Origin: an uncultured virus (IMG/VR IMGVR_UViG_3300036770_005540) | Taxonomy: Duplodnaviria > Heunggongvirae > Uroviricota > Caudoviricetes | Virus record (IMG/VR): IMGVR_UViG_3300036770_005540 | Location: 1 to 64,000 of that record | Length of the DNA stretch: 64,000 nucleotides | Strand: one strand, 5' to 3' | Shown here: piece after piece, positions 40,111 through 52,121 of the stretch | How the letters are laid out: every line of letters starts with the position of its first letter | Numbering within the stretch: position 1 is the first letter of the stretch | Notes under the pieces: model-generated | Told to the model about the DNA's origin: nothing | Seen by the model: only the letters and a program-made list of their open reading frames with translations | The model's database searches: none | Program-made: the position numbers and the translations under genes

Positions 40111-41400
40111 GCTCATACCTTACAGGCAATAATGCCCTAAGCCAACTCTCCGCAGTGTCGGCATACAAACTGACTGTCGTTCTCCACACAGCCGTACCAG
40201 CCGTCATAGCGTGAGTCAGTCTGGGCATGGTCATCGCAACAGTAGGTGGCGATGTCTACGGTGTCTCCGTTGGTGTCGGTGATAATGACTATGTTCATGC
40301 CCCTACCTTACAGGCAATAATGGGATAGGGCAACTGCCGTGTCGCACCGCCCGCCGCAGGTGGCGGCGGCCCCGCCCTCGGCTCGAACGTACAAACAACA
40401 AACCCTGAAAACCGGGACTAGGCCAAAAAGTTGTTGTCTCTATCCTCTACGGTGGCGGAAAGGGCCAACGCGGGACCCCTCGTTAGATTTCCACACACTC
40501 TTTCACGATTATTTCTAGGTTGTCTCTGCCCCATCTACCATCAGCGTCGTCGCCGTGCGCAAAGGTGTCACCCAAAGCGTCGCTCGCCAAGTCAAGGGCT
40601 ATCATGCCACTCTCGTCGGGGGTCCCGTCCATTTCGTCTAGAAGTATGGTTACTTCCATGACCACTTTATGAAGTGCCACAACTCAACCTCAGATACGCC
40701 GTGCCACACTTGACGGTGGGCAGTCTATGTATGGGTAATGAATAGGCTCGGTGTCCTCGCATAGGCAGAACCCGAAGATACCCACTTGCGTTTCGTGCGT
40801 GAGCGTGGCTAAGTCACCCCAACTCATCTGCTCGCCCCGCTCGTGGGCTTCACGCCAATAGGCAATAAACTCTTGTGGGGTCATTTCTTCTCCTCAGCGT
40901 CGTCGCTCAGCATTTCGCTCAGCATTTCTTGGTTCTTTTCGTGGAGTTCTTGGGCTGGTCGCATTATTTCTCCAACCAACTCAAGCACAAGTTCGTGTAT
41001 GGTCTTGCTTTCGCTCATACCTACACCTTACAGGCAATAATAGTATTAGACACTTTACCAGCATCTATCCATGTTTCGCCGTTAGAAGCCCACAATCCGA
41101 ACTGTCGCATGACTGCGAGACGCCCCGCATCTCCGAGTTCGTCGTTTAGCACGGCAAGGTCAGCGTTCACCTCATCAAGTTCTTCCTGAGTGCCTTCATC
41201 TTCCAATCGCCAACGGTTGAGTATCGCAAGTATGAACGCCTCGTATGCGCTCAACTTGTAGTAGCCCTCGCCGTCTGGCGCAATAGACAGAACCAAACTC
41301 ATAAACTCATCAAGCGTGGCATAGGTTGGCAATACCCCTGATACCGGGGCCCCACCGTCACCCCCTTGCGGAGTGGCGGTTGGGGTTGTAGTGGGGGCGG

Positions 41401-41763
41401 TCATACCGCCACCCCCACCGTGACCCTCGTATGTGGTTTCAGCGTGACAACTTGGTTCACAGCGTCGTTGGTAATGTCACCTGACGCAACCGCCTTGTCA
41501 AACTTCTTGGTATCCACTTTCAGGGCAGTCACCTTGTCAAAGGCGTTAGGTGCGACCATGCGGAGAGTGTCAAGGTCAAAGACCCTATTGTTCACTTCCT
41601 CAATGGCGACCATGTGACCGTCGCTAGTGGCGTGTCGGGTAATGCCTGCTAGGGCAAAGTCTGCTTCCAGCGTCGCACGGTGCTTCGCTAGTGCTTCCTC
41701 AGCCTCTTTCAGGTTGTCGTAGGCTCGCTTGTAAGCGTCAGCCGTTTCGGTGAGTGTTGTCAT
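41401..41763 (-). CDS. Hypothetical cassette protein (coiled-coil N-terminus)
   Basis: Cassette promoter at 41771. Confidence 0.7.
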   Translation of the reverse strand: MTTLTETADAYKRAYDNLKEAEEALAKHRATLEADFALAGITRHATSDGHMVAIEEVNNRVFDLDTLRMVAPNAFDKVTALKVDTKKFDKAVASGDITNDAVNQVVTLKPHTRVTVGVAV

Positions 41764-41841
41764 GCTATGACCTTACAGGCAATAATGGGATTACGCAACC
41801 TACGCTGAGTGGTCGCCTGACCACAGAACTAGCGCACAAAG

Positions 41842-41861
41842 TTATCCACAGGCTATCCACA
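41842..41861 (+). promoter_or_regulatory. DnaA-box pair
   Basis: TTATCCACA at 41842 and CTATCCACA at 41853. Confidence 0.55.
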
Positions 41862-42402
41862 CCCGCCGTAGTCGGCTGCCCCGCTTCGCTGGGGCTGGGG
41901 TGTTGCGCCTGCTGCCGAAACCCGGGGCCGGTGGGTGCGCTTATCTCTATCCTCTACGGTGGTGGAAAGCGTACTTGATGCGGTAGTAAGCCGACATAAC
42001 TTTATCCCAAAGCGTCATTCTGTGGTCGTCTCCGCCCCGCATGATGGCATCAAGCAACCGCTTCATTTCGTCGTTGGTCATTTCTTCTATTGGTTTGATG
42101 TGTGGTTTATTCATAGTCCTATTACGCACGACCTACCCCGAACTGTGACACTTCGGCGTAGATAAGTTCGTATGACTTTATCCGAAAGTCCTCGTTGTCG
42201 TGCTTCTTGCTCAGGTGTTCTAGTTCGGCTACGCCCTCGGCGTAGTAGAAGATTTCTGTGTCGGTCACCCCGAACTCGTCTGAGATTACGTCGCCGTTAT
42301 CGTCGGCAAGTTCCTTGCCCAGCGAGATGTAGCGTGCGTGCGCCCCGTTGGTCGGGTCGTCGTTCCAGATAATCTCGCACTCAGCCCCAATGGCTACCTC
42401 AG

Positions 42403-42912
42403 TCATGCTGCGCCCCTCTTTCGCCAAGTGGTCGGGTCAAGTGGGCATACTGCTGGCTCGCTAAACACCTTCTCGTAAAGGTCACGCCCTGCCTGCCAAT
42501 CGGTTGCCCAATCGCCGTCTGAGCCAATGTCCACAATGTCGCCGTAGATGACTTTCGCACGAATGAGTATGGCGGTCACTACTGCGTCGTAGGGCTTCTG
42601 GGCGGTCTTACAGAAGTCAAATATTTCGTTCTCCTGAACCGTGCCACGCTTGTAGGCTCGCTGGTGGTCAGGTTGCTCAGGTGCGCCTTCCCACGCAAAT
42701 CCCTCGTAGGCTAAGCCGTCTTTCTCAGAGCCGTTGAGTGCGAAGTAGGACTCGGTGAACTCAGGTTCGCCGTCGCCCCACGCCCCACAGATTTCCAAGC
42801 CTTGCGCCTGAGCCTCGGCAATAATCGCCTTAGCGTCAAGGGCAAGCCTGCCATACTGCTCGGCAGTACCGACATTTCGCTTGTCTCGGGTGAAGTAATG
42901 TGTGTATCCCAT
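42403..42912 (-). CDS. Conserved phage hypothetical protein (MGYTHY...FCKT..KPYD...SDG family)
   Basis: Recurrent phage motif set. Cassette promoter upstream. Confidence 0.7.
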   Translation of the reverse strand: MGYTHYFTRDKRNVGTAEQYGRLALDAKAIIAEAQAQGLEICGAWGDGEPEFTESYFALNGSEKDGLAYEGFAWEGAPEQPDHQRAYKRGTVQENEIFDFCKTAQKPYDAVVTAILIRAKVIYGDIVDIGSDGDWATDWQAGRDLYEKVFSEPAVCPLDPTTWRKRGAA

Positions 42913-42952
42913 ACTTAGAACTTACAGGCAATAATGATGTAAGCCAACTCGA

Positions 42953-43312
42953 TTACAGCGTGGCTTCGTGAGCGTCGTCTAGGCACTCAGCGCAAGTCCC
43001 GTCGCCGTTCATTACAGATGCGTCACGATGTATCGGGCATACTTCGTTGCCCTGTGCGTCTGCGTATTTCAACTGAATACTGACTACCTCATCGTCGGGG
43101 CAGGTGAACCGAATGTCCACGCTGAACCAACCCATAACAGTCCTCAGTAGGTTGTCATAATCTGATTGCGTCGCCTCTGTGTGAAAGGCTTGCCACTCGC
43201 TATCGGGCAGCCCCGCTCGTTCCATGATGCGCTTGATGCGCCCCAGAATGGCGAAAGCATTTCCATCTTCGCCCACCATAGGGATAACTATGTTTGGATA
43301 CTTAGTTTTCAC
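42953..43312 (-). CDS. Hypothetical protein (GEDGNAFAILG family)
   Basis: GTG 6 nt after TAAGGT. Confidence 0.65.
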   Translation of the reverse strand: MKTKYPNIVIPMVGEDGNAFAILGRIKRIMERAGLPDSEWQAFHTEATQSDYDNLLRTVMGWFSVDIRFTCPDDEVVSIQLKYADAQGNEVCPIHRDASVMNGDGTCAECLDDAHEATL

Positions 43313-43349
43313 GCTTTGACCTTACAGGCAATAATGGTGTAACGCAACC

Positions 43350-43877
43350 TCAGCAGATTTGGAAACCACCACAGCCCTCTAAGAACTCGCAGAACTCAGC
43401 GACATTTTCCGTTGAGAACGGATACTCAGCCTCAAAGCCAAGCCTAGAACCTTCGCCGTTACAGCCATTACACGAGCCGTGTGTGCGACCTGTAAGTATC
43501 TGTATTTCAGTAGGCAGTTCCTTAGTTGGCATTTCGTGTGCCACCCCCACCTCGTCGGTGCGGATACCTGTTCCGTCACACCAATCGCATTTCTCTCTGG
43601 GCAGGCTCGCCAAGTATTCGTTGTATTTGCGCTGATACTCAGCAGTAATGCCGTTATCCAAGTCGTAACGAAGTGCTTTGGCAAGTTCCAACGCCTTTTC
43701 AGCGTCTAGACCTGCGCCGTCGTTGCTATGCCAATACTCAGGGTCGCAACCGCTTGTGGCGATTTCGCCGTGTTGCGACAAGATGTAGTCGGCTAACGGT
43801 CTCCACCACCAGACATTATTGCGGAAGTAGTGACCTTTTTCAGTTGTCGGCTCTATGCCGTAGACATCCATTCCCAT
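43350..43877 (-). CDS. Hypothetical protein with DnaJ-like CxxCxGxG Zn motifs
   Basis: CDWCDGTG and CNGCNGEG, plus YFRNNVWWWRPL. Confidence 0.7.
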   Translation of the reverse strand: MGMDVYGIEPTTEKGHYFRNNVWWWRPLADYILSQHGEIATSGCDPEYWHSNDGAGLDAEKALELAKALRYDLDNGITAEYQRKYNEYLASLPREKCDWCDGTGIRTDEVGVAHEMPTKELPTEIQILTGRTHGSCNGCNGEGSRLGFEAEYPFSTENVAEFCEFLEGCGGFQIC

Positions 43878-44428
43878 AGCAGTACCTTACAGGCAATAAT
43901 GCCTTATCACAACTCCACGCCTTCGGCTATCGCCAAGAAGCCGGGGCCATTCATTTCGGGGTCTCTCGTAGGAAGAACTACCGTGCCGTCAGTCATCACG
44001 ATTTGTATGACAGGCTCATTTATGTCATCCCAGCCCAAAGCCTCAAGTTCTAGGGGTTGAACAAGTCGCACCGAGCGCACCTTTTTGCCAACGATGGCCC
44101 CGTAATACTCAAGTGCGCTTATCTCTGTTTCGGTAATCATTCGCACTCCTCTTCGTATGGCTCGCCCTCAGCCTCAATCCAACAGTCAAGGTGGTGACCC
44201 TCTGCGATTGCGTGGGCTGGTGCTTGCGTCTTGCCTCGCCATGACACGCCCTCAGGCAGGTCAATCTGGCGGTCATAATCGCCCTCGTTACACGCCTGAA
44301 TAGCCTCAATACACGGCTCAATCATGCTCGTAGGCACAGGTGGGTAGTGATTATTCGTTAGGTGGATTGCGAGTGCTTGGCGCATACTCAGCGAGTGCGC
44401 CAACTCGTCTGCCATAAGCCTGCCCATT

Positions 44429-44662
44429 TCAGTTCACCTTCAGGAAGTTGAAGTTGGGCTTGACGATTGAGTTCACGGCTTTGCCGTATCCCTCTTCTTT
44501 GCCTGCCTTGCGGATAAGCCCCCACACAGCGTCGCTAACACCTGCGTAGATGTAGCGACCACCGTTGAGATACTGAACCGTGAGTGTGCGCTCACGCTTC
44601 TCGTATCGGATTTCGGCAATCGCCGTTGAGTGCTTGGGTTTGATTGTGTTTCGCTTGAACAT
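44429..44662 (-). CDS. KTSC-domain protein
   Basis: STAI..I.Y....TL.V.Y.NG..Y.Y.GV...GK..N..VK. Confidence 0.75.
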   Translation of the reverse strand: MFKRNTIKPKHSTAIAEIRYEKRERTLTVQYLNGGRYIYAGVSDAVWGLIRKAGKEEGYGKAVNSIVKPNFNFLKVN

Positions 44663-44951
44663 ACTTAGACCTTACAGGCAATAATGAGTTATGCCAACTC
44701 GTTGTCTTTGCCAAACTGCAACATGGGCAGTTCCTCAATGACAGGCGAGTTCACACCGTAGAACACGGTAACCTCATCTACCTTATTGCCCTCAGCGTCA
44801 TAGACATAGAGTGCGACAACAGAGAAGTCCACACTGCCGTCTTTGCGGAAGTAGGTCTTGACCTGCTTGGTGATTTTAGTTGCGTTGTGAATGTCAATGT
44901 TTGCCATGCCACCACCTTACAGGCAATAATGGGATAACGCTACTTTGACAG

Positions 44952-44972
44952 TTATCCACAGCCTGTGGATAA
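44952..44972. promoter_or_regulatory. Inverted pair of perfect DnaA boxes
   Basis: TTATCCACA-GCC-TGTGGATAA. Confidence 0.65.
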
Positions 44973-45118
44973 CTCCTGCGTGCCGCCGGCCCCGCAGTCG
45001 CATCACAGCCGCACCGCCAAGAAACCGGCTCGAGCCGGGACTCGTCGTGTGTTTCTCTATCCCCTACGGTGGTGGAAACGGTTGTCGGGTGGGGTTTCCC
45101 CCACCCGAACTTCACCGA

Positions 45119-45541
45119 TTACAGGTACTCGGATACCGAACGGAGAGTGTTTGCTGAAACATACTCATCATCTGAGAGTTCCAACATACGCAGGGCGTTG
45201 GTAATCGCTTCCTTGTCTTGTCGCCAGCGATAGTCCTCGTAGGTCTTGGGCTGTTCTGGCTGTTCTGGCACAAGTGACTTCGGAATAGAGACAGTCACTT
45301 GGAACTCTTTGGTGGTCTTGCGCCGACCACCGTAATAACGGTTTTCGTCTGCGCTTTCCAGAGTTGCCTTGCCAGACTTGACGAGTTTGAGAATGGTGGC
45401 GGTGTACGCTTCCATTTCCTTGTCGTACTGAGCCTGCTTCTTGTCGTTGTTCTTGTAGTCGGCTTCCAACTCTTTCAGTTTTGCTTCCAGAGTGGTAATC
45501 AACTTGGCTTTCTTGATTTTCAGGTTGAGCGACCTAGCCAT
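45119..45541 (-). CDS. Hypothetical coiled-coil protein
   Basis: 140-aa ORF preceded by a coupled mini-ORF. Confidence 0.7.
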   Translation of the reverse strand: MARSLNLKIKKAKLITTLEAKLKELEADYKNNDKKQAQYDKEMEAYTATILKLVKSGKATLESADENRYYGGRRKTTKEFQVTVSIPKSLVPEQPEQPKTYEDYRWRQDKEAITNALRMLELSDDEYVSANTLRSVSEYL

Positions 45542-45703
45542 TATCGCTTACCTCTTGTGGTGGTGTTCATACCTGAACCTTACAGGCAATAATGCTTTAT
45601 CGCAACTTTCGTCGTGGGACACAAGTGACGGCCCCGGTGGGTGCGCTTCGCCCACTCCACGCACTTCTCGTCGTGGAGTGGGCTAGGCGTTGGGGGGACT
45701 TGT

Positions 45704-46156
45704 TTAGTTGTCCCAGATTGCGAGTGCGCTATCTCGTAGCGCACCTTGCCCATCGTTCTGAACCATCAGTTCGGTGTTGGTCGGGTCGCCGTAGAAACGG
45801 AGTGCCGAACCGAAGTCGCCGTTCTTGCCAACTAGGCACAGCATAGCGACACGCCGACGCTCAGGGTGTTGCGAAGGCGCAACCGTCTCGTCGTCGTTCT
45901 CGTCGGTGGGCGCAGCCCAACCTGCCGTGTAGAACGCAAGTTCGTCGTTGTTGGAGAGCATATCCCCTGCCGTTGCCAGCAGTTGATAAATGTCGCTATC
46001 CACCAACTTCTCGTCGTGACGAATAACAGGATTACCGTTCTCGTCATAGGAGACAGGCGCAATCCACGCCTTGACCTTGGGACTTGGGGGTGTATCGGGC
46101 GACAAGGCGACTGCCCCCAGCAGGTTCATCTTGTCGGTGAGTGTGAGTGTGTTCAT
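45704..46156 (-). CDS. Hypothetical cassette protein
   Basis: Cassette promoter at 46164. Confidence 0.65.
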   Translation of the reverse strand: MNTLTLTDKMNLLGAVALSPDTPPSPKVKAWIAPVSYDENGNPVIRHDEKLVDSDIYQLLATAGDMLSNNDELAFYTAGWAAPTDENDDETVAPSQHPERRRVAMLCLVGKNGDFGSALRFYGDPTNTELMVQNDGQGALRDSALAIWDN

Positions 46157-46473
46157 ACCACGACCTTACAGGCAATAATGGTTTACGACAACCCTTGTGT
46201 GTGCGAAGCAGGATTGCCCACCCCCCTTGAGCCGTTGGCCCCGAAACTTTGAACTTTCTGGTTTGGGCTGCCATTTTTGCCTTCAACGCAACAACCTGCT
46301 GTTTGTCACTGCCGCACGCGCGCGGCGGGGCCAATCGGTATATGGCTATGTCTTACGGTGGTGGATAGCACAGGGGGACGACTGTTTATTTCAGCAGCCT
46401 ATTCAGCATCGGCAACGACATCTATTGCTAGAAGTAGCGGCGTCCCGCCCCAGCCATGTCATCTGCCCCTGTG

Positions 46474-46779
46474 CTACATCTCCACTTCGTAGAAGTGTGT
46501 AGGGTCTGGTGCTTTCTTGGTAATCAAGTACCCAATGCGATTGACGTAATGGTAGCCATCTACGATTACCGTGCCGTCCTCGCCATCTATGTAAGTCCAA
46601 ACATAGTGGGTTGGTTCGCTTGCGTTAGAGGTGGTGACGACGAATAGAACTTCCTCGCCGTAGGTCTCAAACAACAAACCACCCAAGCCTGCGTCATCCG
46701 ACAGGTGGTTCTCAATGGGCTGAAACTCTTTTTCCCAAGCCTCAAAGTCCATCTTCTTGATAGTTAGTTTTACGCTCAT
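46474..46779 (-). CDS. Hypothetical cassette protein
   Basis: VWT...GYHYVNRIGYLIT motif. Promoter at 46788. Confidence 0.65.
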   Translation of the reverse strand: MSVKLTIKKMDFEAWEKEFQPIENHLSDDAGLGGLLFETYGEEVLFVVTTSNASEPTHYVWTYIDGEDGTVIVDGYHYVNRIGYLITKKAPDPTHFYEVEM

Positions 46780-47414
46780 GGATAAATCTTACAGGCAATA
46801 ATGAGTTATGCCGACCCAAGCCTTGCCATCAGGGTTGCATGCATATCGGAATCACGATTTACATCTTCTTGTGTGGTGATGTCTTCCCACTGCTCGGTCT
46901 CGTCATCCCAGATGGCCCCGTCTGGGAAACGTGCATCAAGAGAGTTGTGGTCAATATGGAAGACAGGCTGTCCGTTTTCCATCCAGCACTCAACGATGAA
47001 GTAGTGCTTTTTCATTTCTTGCCACCCATGTAATGCTCAATGATGCGACGAAGCCCTGCTCCGTGTTCATACCACTCGCCGTGTGGGTCTGCGCCCTGTT
47101 CATACTCGGCTTTGAGTTCTGCTGGCAACTCGTCGGTGTTGATGATTATTGCTTCATCAACAGCGAAGTAGGTGTCAGTTCCTGGGTGTACGACGATTAA
47201 GTTCATGTTTGTACCTTACAGGCAATAATGCTCTATGCCAACTCTGCTTCTATGCGGAAGTTGGAAATGTCCATCGGAAGTAGGTCGTCGCTAATAACGG
47301 CGTCCATCGCCTTGCTCTCGGCGTCGGCCCCGTCCTCGGCGAACACCGTGACGGTTGTGATGTGGTAGTCGGCAACGAAATGCACGTTCCAACGAGTTAG
47401 GGTGTCAGTCATAC

Positions 47415-47894
47415 TCACCATGAAGCCTGATAGGCGAAGTACCACTCGCTGGGCATTGACACGGCTTTTTCAAGTATCTTGACCGTATCTTCAAGGTCGG
47501 AGAAGTAATACTCATCGTATTCGGTACTCCCGAAGAAGAACCCAGACTGTGTTGGCAGTAGTTCCTCGGCTCTACCCTGCTCGGCAAGAACTTCTTTGAC
47601 CGTAGCCAACAGTTCTTCAAGTTTCTCACGAGACACATAGACTTCTCGGCAGTCATCTTCGCCATTGGCGCAGTTGTCCACGAACCATTGGTGTACGGCA
47701 TTGACCTTGCGCCAATAACCGATTTTCATGTCAATGATGATGGTTCCGCCAAAAGTAGTGTCAAGGTACTGTGTGTCCTCGCCAATGGCTTCCTTCAACT
47801 TCTGGAAGTCGGCATTTTTCTTCTGCCATGTCGGCTCCTCAAAGTCGTTGCTGAACGTATATTTCTTTGCGTATAAGTATTGGTCTAATCCCAT
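47415..47894 (-). CDS. Conserved phage hypothetical protein (MGLD.YL...YWRK.N..H.WF...LPT.SGFFFG)
   Basis: Recurrent phage motif set. Promoter at 47902. Confidence 0.72.
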   Translation of the reverse strand: MGLDQYLYAKKYTFSNDFEEPTWQKKNADFQKLKEAIGEDTQYLDTTFGGTIIIDMKIGYWRKVNAVHQWFVDNCANGEDDCREVYVSREKLEELLATVKEVLAEQGRAEELLPTQSGFFFGSTEYDEYYFSDLEDTVKILEKAVSMPSEWYFAYQASW

Positions 47895-48372
47895 ACCTGC
47901 ACCTTACAGGCAATAATGAAGTAAGACAACTTATTGCTCGCTCTCGTATGGCGGCACTTGCCAAGTTTCGGGGTTGTCCAGACAGGCCCCGCAGATGTCT
48001 TCGTCGTCGGTGTACTCTTCTGGCAACTTGTAGCCGCACCCTGCGGCGCAGTAGCGGGACTCACTCATCGTCCCCACGCTCCTCAATGACGGCTCGGATT
48101 TCTTTAAGGCTGTCCCTGAAGTTCCTGCGCCATTCGTTCCACATGGCTTCGTCTTGCATCATGTGATTGGCGAGTTCTTCAAAGTCGCTCGGTGAGCGGT
48201 CTTTCCACCACTCAAGGTCGTCGGCATTGGGGGCGAGACGTGGATGTGTAGACGCAAGTCCAAGCATCTCACTGACTTCCTCCTTTAGGTCGGCCGGCAT
48301 CATGCTGATGACGAACGCCGTCTCATAATGTGTTCTGTCGCTCATGGCTATGTCCTACGGTGGTGGAAAGGG

Positions 48373-48747
48373 CTACTTGCCAGCAACCAGATACTCGGTT
48401 GCCATTGTCCACAGATGCTCTGCTGAGTCATAGAAAGATTGCTCAACATCTTCAAGCCTCATTGACGGAATGATTCTGACAACAGGCAAAGACTCAATGC
48501 CCTGCTCGTGGAATATGTTCCAACCGCCATCAGTAGCCCACACTTCAAGCCGTGCGTAAGACTGCTCGTCGTAGTAGTTGCGCCGAATGACGACACGGAT
48601 TTTGGTACGGAAGTGCTTGTGAATCCCACTAGGACCGAAAGCACGAATCTCGGTGTAATACCAAGACTGTTGGTGATTGCGGAATGTCACATCGTTGCCA
48701 TCTTCGGTGACGGTGTGATACCCCATGTGATTTGTGGTTGTAATCAT
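48373..48747 (-). CDS. Hypothetical cassette protein
   Basis: Promoter at 48755. Confidence 0.65.
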   Translation of the reverse strand: MITTTNHMGYHTVTEDGNDVTFRNHQQSWYYTEIRAFGPSGIHKHFRTKIRVVIRRNYYDEQSYARLEVWATDGGWNIFHEQGIESLPVVRIIPSMRLEDVEQSFYDSAEHLWTMATEYLVAGK

Positions 48748-48774
48748 ACTTGGACCTTACAGGCAATAATCACT

Positions 48775-51256
48775 TTAGACAACCTCTTCGTATGTATCAA
48801 AGCAGTCGTATGCCTCAAAGTATTCGGTTCGGTTGGCGAGCAGTCCCGAGATGCGAGCCAGCAGGGCTGCGATTATCTTGTCGGACTCCTTGTTCCAAGC
48901 ATCTTGGCTGTCTGCGTGTTCGCAGTTTGGCACGGCGAATGCGATGCTGTAGGCGTGATTGTATTTAGTCATGTCAGGACCTCAACTTCAAGTGCTTTGT
49001 GGGATTGATTGCCATTCATGAACTCTTCGTTATAGCGGTCCCAGAACTCGGGGGCATCTTCATCTATGGGGTATGTGAAGTCACCGCCATAGTCCTTCAC
49101 CCACTCGCCATTCTTGTGGACGTGCTGATACTTATCTTCAAGTGTCATCTTGTCCCATCCGTCTGGCAGGGTCTTTAGCGACCAATACTCGGCTCGGTCG
49201 CTTCTCCACAGGTTGTTTTCGCTCACCTCTTCGGTGATGAAGCGCAGCACTATTTCGCTCACTTCACAGCCTCGTTTGCCAGAAACTCACTTGTTAGACC
49301 CTCGATGGCTTCCTTGACGCCATCGGCGGTGAAGTGCCTGTAATCCTTAGCATCTTCTTCGCTCACCTCAACGGCGTCCCATGGTCTGTCCCAATCAAGT
49401 AGTTCAATCTCAACGATTGGGGCGGTTGAGTACGCACCCTCGTCGCTGAAACTAATGGTCGGGTCGTCGTCGTCCTCGCACTCGTAAAGGTACTGAACGT
49501 TGATTTCAACTGTCTGATGAATGATGTATTTCTTCATGCGTAGACCTTACAGGCAATAATGGTTTATGACAACGGCTGAACGTCGTGCCTCGTACACCAA
49601 CCGTCATAGCAGTCGTCGCATAGAAGCACATTTTCCTCATACACGCGTTTGCCATCTTCGGTGGCCCCGGTGGGGGCTAGATTCCAGTGTTCGCCTAGGT
49701 CAACTTCGCACCAGTGGCAGGTTCGGTTCATGACTTACCCTCCCATTTCAACCGCTCATCGCTTCCCTCTTCTGTCCAGAATGGGAACCCGACGAACTCG
49801 TTAAAGATGCAGAAGTCGTCGTACTCGGTGCTTGGCTCTTCGCCCCACGATGTACCGCCAGTAATACGCAACTCACGATTGCCATCAAGTGTGATGCCCG
49901 ATACGTCACGATTGCCATCACAGCCGTACACAAGGTCTATTGCGTCAGAGATGCGTTCCTTGACACGGCGTTGTAGGTCATCAGACCATTCCTCGTCGGT
50001 AAAGCCGAAGAAACCGCAGTCCTCCATGCGACCCAAGTCAGTTTCGGTGATTACCAAGCGCTCAAGACGCTTACGGCAGTCTTCTATTGACTCCCGAATC
50101 TCAACGGTCGCAAGTATTAGGTCAGCACCCATTTCAGATGACTTCCCCATCAACAGTGGTCGTGAGACCGTGAGTGTGTTCGGAATGCATCTGCTGGTAC
50201 TCGGGATAGGTGTTCCCAATAATTTCGTGCGGGTTGGACTCTTCGTAGCACTCCAGATTCAAAGAACCATCGTCGTTGAACGATAGGACAACGTTGTAGA
50301 TGGTGTCTTTAGTGCCGTTGGAGCGGACGATGTTCACTTCTGCGACGCAGGGAGCATCATCCCAGTCAATAAGCGGAATGTCTGCAATTGGGATGTTTAG
50401 TTCGTGTTTCTTCATACCTGCAACTTACAGGCAATAATTAGTTTAAACAACCTCTTGGGTTTCGGCCGTCATCAGGTATAGGCGAATGTCCAGAAGAAGG
50501 TCGGTCATTTCAGACGAAGACACAAGGTCCCTACCCGAAATGTCGGCAATTGCCTTATCCACGAGTTTCAAGGCTTCGCCGATTTCCGGGACCCCGACAC
50601 TTGTGCTATCCACTGCGGTGGTGGAAGACTCAACCATGGTATCCATTATACAAACTTACACAGTATGGCGTGAGTATCTTCGCCATTCCACTCGACATCA
50701 AAGCCCTCGTTGCGTAGTGCGGACACGATAATGTGCGCCCCGCCGTTGTCGTGATAAATGTATTGGTAATCATTGCGAGCATTGCCACTATCTCTGGCAA
50801 AGGCAAGGTAATTACCCTGGCCACCATACGTCCATGCAACAGGTGTGCCTGGTTTGTAGTTGGGTTCCATGTCGGCTGCTGCACATGTACGGCAACAATC
50901 CATGCGATTTAGTTGGGTATAGACCCCAAGTTTTGCCACTGCTCTCCATGCAGCATTCCAGCGTTGTCGCTGAGTTCTCACAGCAGTTCCTCCAAGGCAC
51001 TATCCCAATCAGTGTCGTTTTCGCCAAGGGTATTGACGAAGTAGTACATCTTGCTGAACCTCATTGACTGCTTGTGAAAGAAGTTGTAAAGTTCTTGCGA
51101 ACCCTCGCCGTACTTATCGCAAAGTTGGGCGAACTCCTCCAGAATGGCGTCCCTCTCCTCTTCGGGAAGGTTGTTGAAAGACTCAACCACTTCGCTCCAG
51201 ACCTTCGCCTGATAAGCCTCGTGGAGGAGGTTGATGAATTCGGTGTCGTTTTCCAT
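48775..51256 (-). other. Run of about 9 small acidic hypothetical ORFs in promoter-headed cassettes
   Basis: ORFs 48775-48972, 48969-49262, 49259-49537, 49728-about 50130, 50134-50415, 50443-50646, 50646-50981 and 50978-51256, with overlapping or adjacent stop/start codons. Confidence 0.6.
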
Positions 51257-51470
51257 GTGTTGCACCTTACAGGCAATAATTACTTATTCCAACCCCCATG
51301 TGCGCATCCGCGCGCCATGGAAGACTCATCCTACAGGCATTAATGGGTTAACGCTCGCGAGCCCCGGATATACCAGACGTGCTGACCGTCACAGACATTG
51401 CAGGTTGTCAAACTACGTGGCTATCCACTACGGTGGTGGAAGACAGTTATAACCAATAAGGAGAAACCAC

Positions 51471-51866
51471 ATGAAACCACGGCTAGTTAGTACGCCATCA
51501 ACAGAAGGGGCGCTGCACACAATTGCATATGCCCGTAATAAAGATGGCCGAATTGACCTTGATGCATACAAGGGCCTAACTGGGACTATTGAATCAAACA
51601 ACCTAAAGATTGATGTAAAAATCAACAACGCTCGAGTTCGTTACGGGCATCTCGATTTGAATGTCAGTCCGATGTCCGGGGCTGGCGAGGTATGGGTTGA
51701 GCGAAAGAATATTGAAATCAACAACGACCCTGCGGCCAAGGCCCCCGTGGCAAAGATGAAAACTCGCAAAATTGACGAATCAAAACCGGAAAACGCGTTT
51801 CCGAAGAACGACATCAAGGAAATGATTCGGATGATGATTCAGGAAGAGCGCCAAAAGGCCGTCTAA
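51471..51866 (+). CDS. Hypothetical protein
   Basis: Strong TAAGGAG ribosome-binding site. Confidence 0.7.
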   Translation: MKPRLVSTPSTEGALHTIAYARNKDGRIDLDAYKGLTGTIESNNLKIDVKINNARVRYGHLDLNVSPMSGAGEVWVERKNIEINNDPAAKAPVAKMKTRKIDESKPENAFPKNDIKEMIRMMIQEERQKAV

Positions 51867-52121
51867 TAACGGCCCGGCCGCAAGTCTTCCCGAAGGTATA
51901 CCACATCTCCGTCATCTTTGGATTCGATGGCGGAAGATGTGGGAACCTCATCTGTGTCTGCCTTCACAGGGGCCTCTTCTGATAATTCTTCAGAACTTTC
52001 TTCTTCCGCCGCCGGCTGCGGCTCAAAATGAATTCGCTCAAGTTTTTGGTTGGACCCGAGGGCCCCGTGATTGTTCCCGGCCATGTTGTCTTACCTCATT
52101 ATTGCCTGTAACGTGTTTGCC

